Shown here: piece by piece, positions 24,163-37,282 of the stretch | How the letters are laid out: each line of letters starts with the position of its first letter | How positions within the stretch are numbered: position 1 is the first letter of the stretch | Assembly: GCF_006345805.1 (NCBI RefSeq) | Contig: NW_021835999.1 | Span: 62,001 to 126,000 of the forward strand | Source of the DNA: Octopus sinensis | Lineage: Eukaryota | Direction: 5' to 3' | DNA length: 64,000 nt | Program-made: the position numbers and the translations under genes | The notes under the pieces: model-generated | The model's input: only the letters and a program-made list of their open reading frames with translations | Database searches by the model: none | Told to the model about the DNA's origin: nothing

Positions 24163-24590
24163 TTTATAAAAATATTTCGGTGATGATTTTATTTTGCAAG
24201 ATTTTTTAAGATTGCAGGAAAAATTTAAATTGCTTAATTCCTGCAAAATTCATATAAAAAATATTTTTTATTTAAATCGGATTTTTATGACCACACTTTT
24301 CATGACAACGATTTGAGAATTAAAACATCATTAAGATGATTATCCGTAATTCTTGTTCTATGATTGTTTTTCGTGTTTTTCATTTTAGAAAATAACTGTT
24401 CGCAAACGAAAGTATTTTTAAATAAAGATATCATTTTTTGGAATGGTTTACTAACAGCGAATATTTTCCACACGGTTGAACATATTTCTCATAAAATTCC
24501 ACAATTTTACAAAGATTTGAATACAAAATCGTTTTAAGAGCATGATCAGACTGCAAATCTATAAGTTTCAATTGATAGATTTCATTCGGG
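24163..24590 (-). mobile_element. hAT transposase C-terminal (dimerisation) remnant
   Basis: Paralog 52868-53056 reads FGSTFVFEQLFSKMK...RITDNHL. Confidence 0.65.
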
Positions 24591-25309
24591 AGATATTGTT
24601 TGATGTGATTGAGTATAAGTTTTTCCAGAACTTTGGATAGGACATAGAAGAAAAATATTTGCATATAAGACGCCGAATTGTCTTTTGGTCTCCCTGGTTT
24701 CAGAATAAGACGAATGTATGCCATTTTCCACAATGTGGGTATTAAGTTGTTGTTTATAGAAAAGTTGTAAACAAAGAGCTGATATTGCCACCTGTCCTAG
24801 GTTTTTCACCAGAATATTGAGAATTCCGTCAGGTCTACAAGAGCCAATACTTCTTAAATTTCTGATAGTCACCTCCTCATGTGTGAGGATTATCATGTCC
24901 CGAAATCTTCGAGGTTTCAATGACTTCAAGCATGATCCATCATATTTCCTGTGGGGGATGTTGCTGATCCCAGAACTTTATTAATTTGTAAGTGAAGGGA
25001 GCCGCATTATCCTCACCCGATTTAAATCTCTCCGGGTTTGTGAATCTTCTTAGAGATGCCCATACTTTTGTTAGAGGGACCTCCGGATTTAGTCCTCTGG
25101 TGAACTTTTCAGCCCTCCTGTACCGTTTGTTCTTTTCAGACTGTTCTATGACTTGATTCAGTAGTCTGATCTTACATCTCTTGTAGATGTAAGCACCTGT
25201 CAATGAATTCCGTTCCTCGATTAGAGGTAGAATCCTCGAAGGTAATTTTCTTACTGGTTTTGGATAAATTTTCCTCATTCTTAAGAGTGATTTTCGTCCA
25301 ATCAAAATT
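24590..25309 (-). mobile_element. Degenerate Jockey-like LINE fragment, truncated at the duplication boundary
   Basis: PDGILNILVKNL, WKMAYIRLILKPGRP..SY motifs; continues to an APE domain in copy 2. Confidence 0.7.
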
Positions 25310-26211
25310 TAGGCCTCCTGGAAAGGATCATCAGTATCCTTCCGGGCAAAGGACTGTCAAATGGCTAGAGAATTTCTTACACATGCGAAAGTCTTTTATC
25401 AGATGTGGTAACCGGACCTCGGATACAATCAATCTAAGGAGGGGAGTGCCTCAAGGGTCGGTCCTGAGCCCTCTACTTTCAACTTATACGTTGCCGACAT
25501 CCCGAAACCAGTAAATCCGGAGAGTCTACTAATCATCTATGCGGACGACATATTGGTTACGGATCTGTCGCGATCCAAGGACCTCTCTTGGAAAAGGCTG
25601 AGGGAATATATAGCGAGGGTTGAGTCTTGGGCTACGGAGAAAGCCCTCTCCTTAGCACGAGACAAGTCCACCATCACGTGGGTTTCTAAAACTCGGAAAG
25701 GAAGAGAACCACTTCTGGAGACAATGGGACTAAGAATCTCTGACGACCTACGCTACCTTGGGGTAACGATCGGGGCTGACGGATCGTTCCTTAAGTTCGT
25801 GGAATCTAGAAGAAGGAAATGTTCCGGGATCCTGAGAAGCCTTATACGCTTCCATCTCTCCCCAGACACCTTTCTCTTCATCTATAAGGCGACTGTAGAA
25901 CCAGTCCTTATCTATGGACATGAAGGTTGGTACCCTACAGACGAGAGAAATCGCATAATCACCAAACTGGAGAAAACAAGGCGCTTTGCGATTAAACTGG
26001 CGTATAAGCTACGGCTTGATCAGGATCTCCCCAGAGAGCTAGATGAACAAACTCAAAACATTCGGCAAGTCCTCTGCTCATTGCAAAGGGCATGAGAAGT
26101 GAAAAGGAAAGCAAGGAGGAGGCTTTCGGTGTCTCGATTTTAATAAAACCTTTTCATATAACTCTTCTCTTTCGGTTGCTAAGTCAATAAAATCTGTTCG
26201 TTCGTTCGTTC
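25310..26211 (+). mobile_element. Jockey/I-like LINE 3' fragment with (TTCG)n tail
   Basis: RGVPQGSVLSP, IYADD, YLGVTI; tail abuts GTCGTTGTGATT at 26212-26223. Confidence 0.85.
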
Positions 26212-26223
26212 GTCGTTGTGATT

Positions 26224-26689
26224 AGAGTATTTTGCATTTTGCCATCCAGCCCTACGTTAAATTTGGAGCCTGATACTTTCCTCTACGTTTTCAATACGGT
26301 GATCCTACCGGGACTACTATACGGAAAAGAGGGATGGTACTTCTCTAAAAAGAAGGACACCATCTTAACTAAATTTGAAAAGTCTCGCAGGCTCGCTTTG
26401 AAGCTTGCTTACCACCAAAAAGTTGAAGATCCAATCCCCCTGTGGCTTGAAAGTAAATCCTCCATGGTCGGTGAAACTGTCGAAAAAGCTATAAGTGGTT
26501 ATAAATCCAACTCAATTGTCACTGGGACGTACCTGCAGAGGTAGAAAAGAAAAAAAAAAAAATTTACTTGAGGGGGTCTCTTTTTTTTTTCTGGGAAGAA
26601 GTCGATAGGGTAGTCCTATTGTTTCATTATACAAACTCCCCCCTAACCTTTAACCCTTCTCTGTTTCCAATAAAACTTCCTATTCCTAT
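26224..26689 (+). mobile_element. Related LINE 3' fragment with (CCTATT)n tail
   Basis: PDTFLYVF..ILPGLLYG.EGW...RRLALKLAY; flanked by TCGTTGTGATT at 26213-23 and 26690-700. Confidence 0.8.
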
Positions 26690-26804
26690 TCGTTGTGATT
26701 GATTATTAATTTTTCTAAAAAATTGAAAAATCATTAATCAATTATTTCTCAGAAATAATTCGGAGGTAACGAGTGGGGCATAGTAATCCCTGAGGCATGT
26801 GACA
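26690..26804. mobile_element. Terminus of a second Ginger-like element (inverted relative to 21561)
   Basis: Reverse complement of 21561-21675, ending GGCATGTGACA. Confidence 0.85.
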
Positions 26805-27415
26805 CATTATTATTACGGACGAAGCAATCCTACCGACAACATCGTAAATGAAACTAAAAATCTACTAAGAGCAAATAAAACAGTGGATGGCATTAAAGTA
26901 CTTGACTCTGTCAATTGAAAAGTGCACGCTCACTCGAGTATCAGCAAGAAGTGCAAAAACATACACGATTGACGTTATTCAGAAGATCCAATCATTTTTA
27001 TACCTGGGAGTTCAATTTTCTGAAAATGGAAAGTGTGACGAAGACATACAAATGATCATATCCCTTATTAAATTTCGCTTACCTCCTGAGACGGTGCTAT
27101 TCATTTTCCGAGTTGCCATTCCTCCTGTGCTGATGTATGGGCTGGAAGAGTGGATCTTGTCCCCTTCTAAGGCAAGAATTGTTAAAATACTACAAAAAAC
27201 TAGAAGACTAGCGCTCAAGGTGGCCTTTGATGTAAATCTACCGAGCTTTCAGGAAACTTTTCCTATGATTGGTGACCTTGTTGAAAGTTAGTTCCGAAAG
27301 TATCTAGGGAAGAGAACGAAATAGCGATGGACGACTTTATGAGTAAGGCCTCCTACTGGCCGTTAACTTTATGTCCGATATCTTTTTTGTGAAAATAAAC
27401 CTGTCTTATCTTATT
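26805..27415 (+). mobile_element. Degenerate LINE 3' fragment of the same broad family, (CTTAT)n tail
   Basis: YLGVQF, PPVLMYGLEEW, RRLALKVAF; AATAAA then cttatcttatt. Confidence 0.7.
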
Positions 27416-27566
27416 AAATCTCGCAAAAATTGGTCTTTTCTCATGCTTTTGATAATCTATTTGGGTTTGCTTATTTTGCTAGTGTTTTTGAAATTTTTCC
27501 ACTAGCATCCTCAAAATCTTTTATTTTCAGAATCGTATTAATTATGATAACTGTTAATTTTGAAAA

Positions 27567-28715
27567 TCACAATTCGCCATTTGCCCCACTGCGAATAGCA
27601 AGCGAATTATCTCGCAAGATTGCTATCGATACTCTCTGATACATCCACCTAGTTTCCCGGGAGTCATTTGTCTTCCTTTCAATGGGCTTCCCGATCGACG
27701 AAAGAATTCTTATCTGGCAGAGACGTTTGTTTTCTTTGGCCCGGCGAGACGCAAAACCAGGACACAACACAGACTGAGTAACGGTATCTGGAGCAAAAGT
27801 TTCCGCACAGGTTACATCCCATATGAGACACTTTCCATCGCTAAATAGGAAGACCGTCATTCCGTCCGGACGTTTGCAGTCTCCGCGATCTAGACCAATG
27901 GGCTTCAGAACCGAAGGGAAGCCTGCGGCATTAAGGCCCCGTTTGACGACTTTTTTTAAACTGGAGTGTCTCGGGGTACGTCCAGCGCTTAACCGTGGAG
28001 GACATCAGAGTCTATCAACTGCGCACACTTGCACGAGTGGGGATGCCAAAGAGGGATTCATAGTCGAAGACAGGTGCCGAGTCGAACTGACTCATCATCC
28101 AAGAGTAAACCGGCTGAGGATAGTGGGACGACATTTAACTGAGTGTGATTGTGCGGCTGCGTTCATTGAGGCGAGTTCAATTTGATCGGCGCTTGTTTTC
28201 AGGGATTTCACGATTTCTTTACAAATCTGGATGGAATCCTAACTTTTTTGAAAATGATCCAGCTCGAGAATGACACAGTTCGAAATGTTTAGGAAAGGAA
28301 AAAAGAACAGAATTGACAAAATTTCTCGATTTCGAGAGCGAAGATAGGTAGCAAAACAGAGAAATGTCCATATACAAGCGGATACCAATATTACCGAATA
28401 GTAGAGGTAACATCACATGAGTAATTTTGTCTCCATAGAAGTTAACATTGAGTAATTTTTCGAAGACTTCCAGATAATAGAATCCAGGTCAGACAACAGG
28501 TTGAGTTCCCGGAAACATTGGGATAAACGAAATAAGTAGGTGAGACGCGGAATACAAAGTTAGTTTGTAATGAGGAATAGCCCCACGTGTGCATCGAGGT
28601 CGGAGATTTGTTCCAGGGTCAGAAATAGATCACGTTTCTTATCCGCGATAGCAGTAGATATCTCTCCACCGGAGATTGGCGAACCAAGGACAACCAGATC
28701 TTTCAGGATTGTTCT
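27567..28715 (-). mobile_element. Degenerate CRE-like retroelement
   Basis: KRPDG, IWDVTCAET, WMYQRVSIAILRDN, IPRLTYL motifs with frameshifts. Confidence 0.75.
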
Positions 28716-29149
28716 GTATAAAGGTAGGTATATTGAACAAGTTATTAAATTTACTTATAACGAAAATGTAAAGCAGTAAAATTAACAAAAATCTGTCAAT
28801 AAGGATTTCTTTGTATTTATCTTCATTTCAGCACTTGATTTTTTGTTCTGATAAATCGGTCTCCTAGCGAGATAAAATAATGCAGGGTCTTGAGTGGAAG
28901 CAGAGTTTTTGAACATTTGTGCACGTTAATTTATACCTTCGTTCCTATTACATAATCACCAAAATTGCACGTTTTGGGTACGAGTAGATAAGAATACCAA
29001 CTGTAGTCGACATGGTGTTCGTGATCTAATGAACTTTTGTAACATTTGCAACACTTCGAATAGTCAAAAACGTTGGATTTAGTGCGCAACTTGTTCAAAT
29101 CTATCCCACAGTGCTGTGCCAAAATGACCAAGAGAGACATGTCTGCTAT

Positions 29150-31514
29150 TCCCACCCCGAATTGTTCTTCATGGGCATAACCGAAGCAATCCAGTATGTC
29201 GTCCAAACCCTTCCGACCGGGCTCTGTCCGACTCTATTTCTCATATCGGAGAGACGCAAATGTCGCAACATCCATGTGAGGATCCCCAAGGCAGCACGAG
29301 CGGCTGCGGCCGATGCCTTATCAACTTGCATTCGACTTCTGAGCTTTGCTCCCTGGGTTCTCGGTGCCCTATAAAAGCTGATCGGGATACAACATCTCTA
29401 GCCACTCGAATGAATAAAAACATCCACTCCTTCATGGCTCAGGAATACTGCTCAGACTCGCCCCCACTCCAATCATCAAAGTCACACAAACAGACTCAAA
29501 GCCGCAAACATGAAATTCCAGAATACCGAGGGCGGAGTACGGGCATTCCTCAGGAGCCGACGGGCTCCGCCCTGGATATCTGAAGATACTAATTGTCCGC
29601 ACAGTTCCAGTCTGGTACACGTCTGCTCAAATCAATTACTTGTCTGATAAATCAAATGGTCTAAGGAAATCTGCCGGATACTATCCGTCACATACTCTTC
29701 TCAGCCAATCTCAGCGCTTTTGGCAAAAAATGCGGAGGGATTCGCCTAATTGCGGTCGGCTTTATCTTCCGTCGACTTACGTGCCTGGAGGATGTGAATC
29801 CGCACATTTTCAGATGCGTGCAGAAAATCCCCATGTCCAAAAATATTGATCAAGCTTGACATCAGAAATGCATTCAACAGTATTTGGCATGACCGAGTTT
29901 TGGATTCCTGCTCTGAATATTGTCTTTAATTATTTGACATAACTTTCCAATCATACGGCCAACCATCCTCTCTTATCTTCGAATCCTACACTATCCCGTC
30001 TGCTACGGAAGTTTAACAGGAAGACCTTCTGGGGCCACTCTTTTTCTGTCTTGAAATTTCTAAGGTGACTAAACTTATATCTTCCCCACTAAATTATTGG
30101 TATCTTTCCCTACATAATAAAAATTATTCCGGCTCTGGAGAAAATCAGCCTTAGTTTAAATTTCTCTAAATGTGAAATCTCTAACTTCGAGTGTTCGCAA
30201 TCTACCTTCAAAGACGCTGTTTGCTCATTTCGTGATCTTACCCCCCATTAACGAACTTTCTATCCTCGGAGCCCCGATGGCTGGCGATTCTATTGATGTG
30301 GGCCTACACAAAAAATTCTTTCTCAAGGCAGTTTTCGAAAGTATTAGACAGTTGTACTCACATACAGCATTATTCCTTCTACGAAATTGCTTTACAGTCC
30401 AAAAGCTCACTTATTTGCTACGCTTTTCTCCGTGTTTTGCTTTTCCAGAGAGGCTTTCCGCTATTGACCACCTTATCCGTACTTGTACTAAAAACATATG
30501 CAATTCCCCCTTCGACAATAGGGGTTGGAGACAAGCGACCCTCCCGTTAACCTTTGGCGGTCTCGGCATCCGCTCATGTTCCAACTTATCGTTCCCCTTT
30601 TTCTCTCGACCCTCTCCTTGAGCCACACACTTGTCATGAAAATTCTACGCTCCTTTTCTGAATATTCCTCGGACACAAATGTGACTCATATTAGCAAAGT
30701 CTGGAGGGAAAACAAGGTCTTGACTTTCTGGAAGATCGAATGTCTCAACGGGCTTGGGATCGAATAGGATGCAAGCAAATTTTCAATCTGCTGCTTTAGT
30801 CGTCCAACCAACATTGCTGCGCTTGCCTACTTTCGGCGGCATCCCCGGCTAGTGGAGCTTGGCTTTGCACATTCCCGAACGTCCCATCTGGCACTCTCCT
30901 CGATGATGAATCGGTAAGGATCGGAATCTCCCTGCGCCTTGGGCCAAAGCAGTGTATCCCGCACTTGTTTCGTTGTGGCTGCACTGTTGATTCTTTCGGT
31001 TTGCATCCTTTATCGTGCAGAAAAAGCGCCGGACGTTTTCCGAGGCACTCGACTATGAATAACGGAGGGCCCTCGACTCGGCGGGATTTCCTTCGGTCCT
31101 CAAACCACCGAGTCTTGTCCGCGGTGACGGGAAACGTCCTGACGGGATGATCCTTTTTGTTTTTGAGGGGGAAAAGGCCTCGTATGGGACGCAACCTGAT
31201 TGGATACATCTTCTGCTTCACACCTAACTTTGTGTGCTCTGGAGGCTAAATCTGCTGCTAAGAAAGCTGAAGATTTAAAGCTGACAGAATCTTCCGCCAT
31301 TTCGAATGAGTTTTTCGTGATGCCGATAGCAGTGGAGACGTCGGGTGCTCTTGGCCTAAAAACGGAAAACTTCCTCCGCAAGCTCGGAGCCAAAATCTCC
31401 ATGCACACTCACGATCCTCGGAAGGTGGACTGGCTTTTCCAAAGGTTCTCATTCGCCGTTCTCAGAGGGAACAGTTCGGCGATCCGTCAGGCCGCTGGAC
31501 CTCCCATCGATTAA
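29150..31514 (+). mobile_element. Degenerate long CRE-like retroelement (RT plus RLE)
   Basis: RIPKAAR, VPGGCE, KLDIRNAFNS, QATLPLTFGGLG, GKRPDG, PIAVETSG, FQRFSFAVLRGN. Confidence 0.8.
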
Positions 31515-31689
31515 TCTATTAACACGATTTCAAATTCAGGAAGTATTCGAGGAGTTCAAATGTTGTTTCTAATACCATTGCTGTTTGAAAGCATTAAAAT
31601 TCCAGTTTTCATCGTAAAAATAATTCTTCGGCAGGTTTCCTTTTAACTTAGTCAGCCTTTCCCGGAATGACAGTATAAATACTAAACAT

Positions 31690-32040
31690 GTACACTTTCT
31701 ACTTCAAATTTGTAACTGATAAAATGCTTATCGTTACGGTGGAAAATGAATTTAAACTTTTTGGATATAAAATTTTTTCATATCTTTTGATGTGCTGTTG
31801 AATTTTTACGATGGCTCCATCATCGAGCTCTATTACCAAAATTGTCAACACTGACGATGTTGATTTCGCTTCGGACAACAAAGATAGTTTAATTGATCTT
31901 TTAAAAAATTCTCCGAGAATATTTAATAGAAATTAGTGTTTGTGTTGTGGAGAAACATGGCTCTCTGTTCGAAACAACACCTAGCCCTCTACATTGAATT
32001 TACTGGTCATCTAAAAACAATAATCAATTGCTCTACAAGC
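31690..32040 (+). mobile_element. RTE-like RT remnant
   Basis: TDDVDFASDNK resembles the 7540-7600 remnant. Confidence 0.4.
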
Positions 32041-32683
32041 ACTATAACGCAGCGGTTCGCAACCTTGGTCCGAGAAAATTTATTTTAATAACAAACAAGA
32101 TCGGAAATATCACTGAGTTATTGTTAAATTGTTTGTTATTTTCATAATTTTCACGTTCTTTTATATAATAAATATTCGAACTTGTCTAAACCAGCTTTTG
32201 ACGAGGCCAAAAATTGTTCAAAAAATGTTTAAAATCACAAACTTTATGAATTTCTTCAAACAATGACGATGAAAACGCCAATTTAAACAGCACAATTACC
32301 GAAGTTTCTAAAAGAAACAGCAAATGCGATAAAAAGTGTTATGCAACTCGAAAAATATTGTTGGCATAAATACAGTTTTGATGTAAATATGCTAGAAAGT
32401 TTAATTACTTAATATACATTCAAAATACGTTATTTTGACATGAACAAATCAATTAATTACATTAAATGACGTAATAAAGTTTGAAAATTTTATTTTTACC
32501 CCATGAAGGATAACACCCTTGTCATCATCGGCCCGAAATATGCGATTGAGATAAACCTGAGTAGCTGAATGTACTTTTTATACGATTTGTCCAAAAACCT
32601 TCAATGTGAGCACAAAATTTTAACAAGTGCGCTTATTTGTGTAATTAAAGAAATTACAAAAAAACTCAATAAATTATAAAATA

Positions 32684-35600
32684 TCACTCGTATGAGTTCA
32701 AATAAGTAACAAATCTTCTGACGCATTTACGCTTCCCCCAATGCTTCACATTTTTCTCTGGGAGAAGAACTGGCTCGCTATTTCTACACAGCTGACCTTT
32801 CAGATACGCAAGTCCTGCATTAACAAATCCAAACAAATTCTACAATTTCTCACAAAAAATAACCTTTCTCTCCTCCAAAACAGATTGGACATTTTGAATC
32901 AGACTGTAAACAAGACTCTGTGCAGAGACATCGACAGTCATCCTCAAATGATGCACCCGCAACAAAAAGAATATACAGGAACACTCAAATTCGACTCTGA
33001 GTGACCTCTCCTTGATACTCCCCAACAAAACAGTCATCAACTCAATAGCGTAAGAATAGGGGAGTAGAACGAGGCATCGATCTAACTCTGACGGCCTCAC
33101 TGAAGAGAGGACCGTCATCAAATACTCCTCCGCTGTTTCGACGCCATATGACATCATCCACTCACTCAGACGGTAATCCTCCAATCCTCGTCTCCCAACC
33201 TCGGCACGATATCGCTCAATTGCGTCATTCAACTTCTCGCTCTCATCCAACGTAGAACACGTCATTTTCCCCGCGATTTCAACATCTCCAGGTACATTTC
33301 CAGGCACAACTCGGTCGTCGTCCTCGTAATCTATTTTCCCCAATTCATCTTGTTCGTCTTCCTTGGGAATGTGGATATCCTGTGTTCGACTCCACAACCG
33401 TAGAGAACTGTCTGAGGATGCAGTAAAGACATATCCCCCACAATTGCTCACAGAAAACGACCAAATTGATCCAAAGTGTCTCTACAACACTGAAAACGTA
33501 CTTTTACCTCCAATGAAAGAATTCGCTCAAAATTGTCAGCATTCCACTGTTTGAGTGTACCGTCCTTCGAAGCCGAGAAAAAATAATGAGTATTGGACAC
33601 AAACTTCAAACAAGTAATGCTAAAATAATCAAATAAACATTTCACCTGTCAGTATGGCCCACCATCCTCTTGACACAATCCCCAAAATCAACCCCCCAAA
33701 TCCGAATCAGTTTCTCAGCCCCACCCGACACAATAAATCGTGAATCATCAGACATGTCAATAGCCAATTCGGGCAGAGAATAACCATACAACTTGTGTAG
33801 TAACTACAATTCAATATAATCACACACCTTAAGGGTATCAACAAAACATATCCTGACTGTATTATTGAGTAGAGAAATAGCAATGTATTTGCCATCCTTG
33901 CTCAATTTTACTGCTAAAACTTCGTCCTCCTGGTCAAATGTCCTCCCCAACTTTATTGAGTTTACTCCTAAAAGTCATATTTATATACAAACCCAGAATT
34001 GTCCTCCATCATAACCAAATCCCAAAACTTGACTGTTTTGTCTCCACTTCCGGTTGCTACTGACCTCTTTTAAAATCAAAAGAAAAACCAACCAAATCGG
34101 AGGAAATGTCGATCGACCAGACCGGTCCTTCATGGACTTGAACAACCTCCTTTGACTGATCCCCCAACACATCAAATATCTCAATATGTCCCCTCTTTGT
34201 CCCAACAAGGACATATCTGTTACCTGGGGCCACCATCATACAAGTGGACTCCCCGCATGGAAGTGTCCTCGTGCAAGTCCGACTTGGCCTGTGCCACACT
34301 TTGAGGGAATCAGAACTGGCCGAGACCAGACTCATATTGTCCTCAGAAATGGCAACTGCCCGCACAATGGAACGGTGAGACAGTCCATCCAGTGCTGTCC
34401 TCACTTCCGTTTGAATCACTCCTCCATCCACAGTCACGTGATATACTTCCAATGTGTTGCACGTGTAGCTGACACACAAGAGATATCCATTTGTGTGTGC
34501 TGATATATCACAACTGCTTATTTTGCCCTTCATTTGGAATGTTTTGTTACGACGGATTATATCCAACTGAGGACTCTCGTCAGTTTTTTGTCTATTCTGA
34601 TTATATGACTACAAAACCTTTTTGCTTTGTGCTTTTTTGCTCTTTTTTTGATTAAACTTTTTAATTCCTTCTCCGACCCCACCACCAATAATAATTGCAA
34701 TTTTTTTCCTCCATTCTAAGTAATTATTTAGTAACAACATGGCAGGCAATGAGCGTATTGGTCGTGTCTACGGCCATGTCTGTTGTCCCTTTCTCAAAAC
34801 CCCTTTCAATGTCTCCAAGTTCTTCTAACGTCAACAAATTATTGAAATCTGAAGATAATGACTCATTTTCTTTTGGAAAATAAACGATTGGTTTATCCAA
34901 ATAGTAATCATCATTAAACTAATTAATATTAATAAATCAATTAATTTTTTTAATTGATAAAATAAATACTTTAATTTTAAAACACTTGATGTGGGGCACA
35001 CTCCTTGAGGCAACAAAAAGGCAATTTAGAGACTGCAGAAATACAATTCCGCTACAATGAGAGCAGTTCTGAATAACTTGAGTCTTAAAACAATGTTTGC
35101 TGCTCAATTCCCAGAACTTGAGAATCCCTTCATTAGAACTACACCTCATTAGATTGGAAAACCAAGTCACGACCACATTTTCCGACAAAAAAGCCAACCC
35201 AGTGACTGGATTTCTATGCCCTCTGAGTTTATACAGCCCCGACTGTGCCACAACGTCCCACACAGCCACAGTGCAGTCCTAAAATACATTTATTAGTCCA
35301 AAAATACGAGAGAAATCGAGACAAACTTAAGACCGTCATTTTCGAACAAAATATCAGTTATTGATGACTTGTGGGCGGGAAAAATCATTAAAAGATCGCC
35401 TTTTGAAATTTCGTACAGTTTTAGTGTGCCGTCATCGTATCCCCCACATAGGTGGAGGGGATTTGGGCTCTGCCTTACTAAGACGACTTGGGATTGGTCT
35501 CCTTCGAGTTTTAATTCCTTAAATTAATATTTTTTATTTACTTTTTCTCTTTTTCTGAGATTCCATATGATAATGTTTTCACATGACCCACAAGCGATGT

Positions 35601-35712
35601 ATTCGTGCTTTGTGTCTTTGTATTTTATGAATATTGCATTGGATTTGGATGAACAGACTGTTCCGAATGAGTCGCTGTGTTCGTATTTTAAATATTGTTT
35701 TAATAATGGCAT
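32684..35712 (-). CDS. WDR3: WDR3/UTP12 copy 2 (apparent 2-nt exonic deletion at ~33958)
   Basis: Near-identical translations to copy 1; AAACTCAATA versus AAACTGACAATA on the coding strand. Confidence 0.8.
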
Positions 35713-35854
35713 TTTGTGTTGTTTTTATATTAAATGCAGATATTGGTTTAAAACAAGCGTTATTTACACACGAGAACGGAGATCACGTTTAAGTATTTAA
35801 ATTGATTATTTTTTATTTTCCGTATAACTCGATATTGATTTAGAAATTAATTAT

Positions 35855-36881
35855 ATTATTATATTATACTTTCGGTATTGACTCTGCCATACAAAAAGGC
35901 GATTCTACTTTTAACATAATTTTCACCCTTTGCTAAATTGGACTGGAACAAGTACGTGTTTATAAATATATCTTTTTCGCTCAAAAAGTTTGGCTTCGCA
36001 TCTGACAACCACACGCATTGATGATGTTCTTTTCCTGGAAGCCAACTCGCCAAAGCCAACTCAATAAGGCTCTATCTGAGAAATCCAAATGGGTTAGTCC
36101 TCCATACCGGTGTTTGCCGGTGCCTTCAAATCCTCCACCAGGATGTTGTAATTTCGAGAAAAAAATAAGGTTGCTAAGTTCTGGTATAAATCGTCTTATT
36201 TCTGAGCCTTTTATGTTATTTGGAGACTAGATTGCGTCGAAGTTGGTCTGTATAGAACGATTCTAGATTGAAATTATACGTATCAACAAATCCGCACGTG
36301 TCTCTTTATAGAGAAAAATGGAATAGAAATTATATAATGTATCCGTAGGTTTTAGCTACTTTTCCTTAGGCTACGTAGTGCGCTTTTTGCATGCATTTTT
36401 TGCATAATTGCGTCTTGTTCATTTCCCAGTAGAGATCCAAATTTCTCAACTTTTTTTGATTGTTTATCCAACTTAGACATTTGTCTTACAAGTTCAATAA
36501 ATTCTGTTTTATTCACATTCTGAATCACTCAGAAAGTTTATTTGGCATCACCTCCAATAGGCTTTCCATAGCATTCCTGTCTGAGGAAATAAAATCCACG
36601 TCATTTGCGCATACGACATCTTTTCTTAATAGTATGGTTTCAATTCTTTCAATGTAGTTTCCAGACAAACAGCATAGGAGATAACGGATCCTCTTGAGGT
36701 GTTCCGATGTTGTTTCGAGTGGCTTAGACCACTTGTCTCGTACCCTGACCAATAGATAAGTTTTTAATAAGAGTGACCTGATCTTCGGTGTAAAAGATTC
36801 GTCAATGAATTTTGTAATTACATGCATCAATTTCTGACGATTGATCGAGTCAAAGCTCTTGACTATCGATTCCGACAATGT
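35855..36881 (-). mobile_element. RTE-like LINE remnant, copy 2
   Basis: Paralog of 6830-7858. Confidence 0.6.
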
Positions 36882-37282
36882 TTATTGTAAAGACATTTTA
36901 TTGACCAAAGGACCAGGGTAAGCCAGTTAATTATAATCTCCCGTGATCCCCGATTCATACAAGCGAATTAGATCCTTCTGAAAGGTTCGATCCTGCCCAC
37001 AATGATCGGACTGAGACGACAATGTCCCAGGGTCAGAGTTCTACAAGTCCTTTTTTTGGTAGGCATTAAGTGCCTCCTGAGCGTTTCCATATCCGATTGG
37101 AAGTTCCAAGTGACATGGTGGACCCCATAACGCCACGATAAGACCGGAAGGAAGGTAAGAGATCCCCATTTTTTAGCTGTGTCGTCCCAGAAGGACTCAT
37201 TGGCAAGGGAACAATAACGAGAATTGACCCCAGCTGGAAAACTAGCCTCTTTCGGATTCGAACCCACGACTGTCCAGATCCA
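36882..37282 (-). mobile_element. tRNA-derived SINE-like element, copy 2
   Basis: Paralog of 7860-8245 with an extra ~12 bp. Confidence 0.65.

Larger units (their letters stand above)
3378..25309 (+). repeat. Segmental duplication, copy 1 (~22 kb)
   Basis: Collinear with 32405-53898; homology begins at TTACTTAATATAC and ends at CCAATCAAAATT. Confidence 0.95.

Noticed and set aside
28900-29150. Cys/His-rich ORF fragment as a host gene
   Set aside because: Cut off by the CRE element, no recognisable family
32190-32300. Hammerhead ribozyme or Penelope LTR (TTGACGAGGCC)
   Set aside because: Core CTGA is imperfect and no matching stem II or GAAA is found
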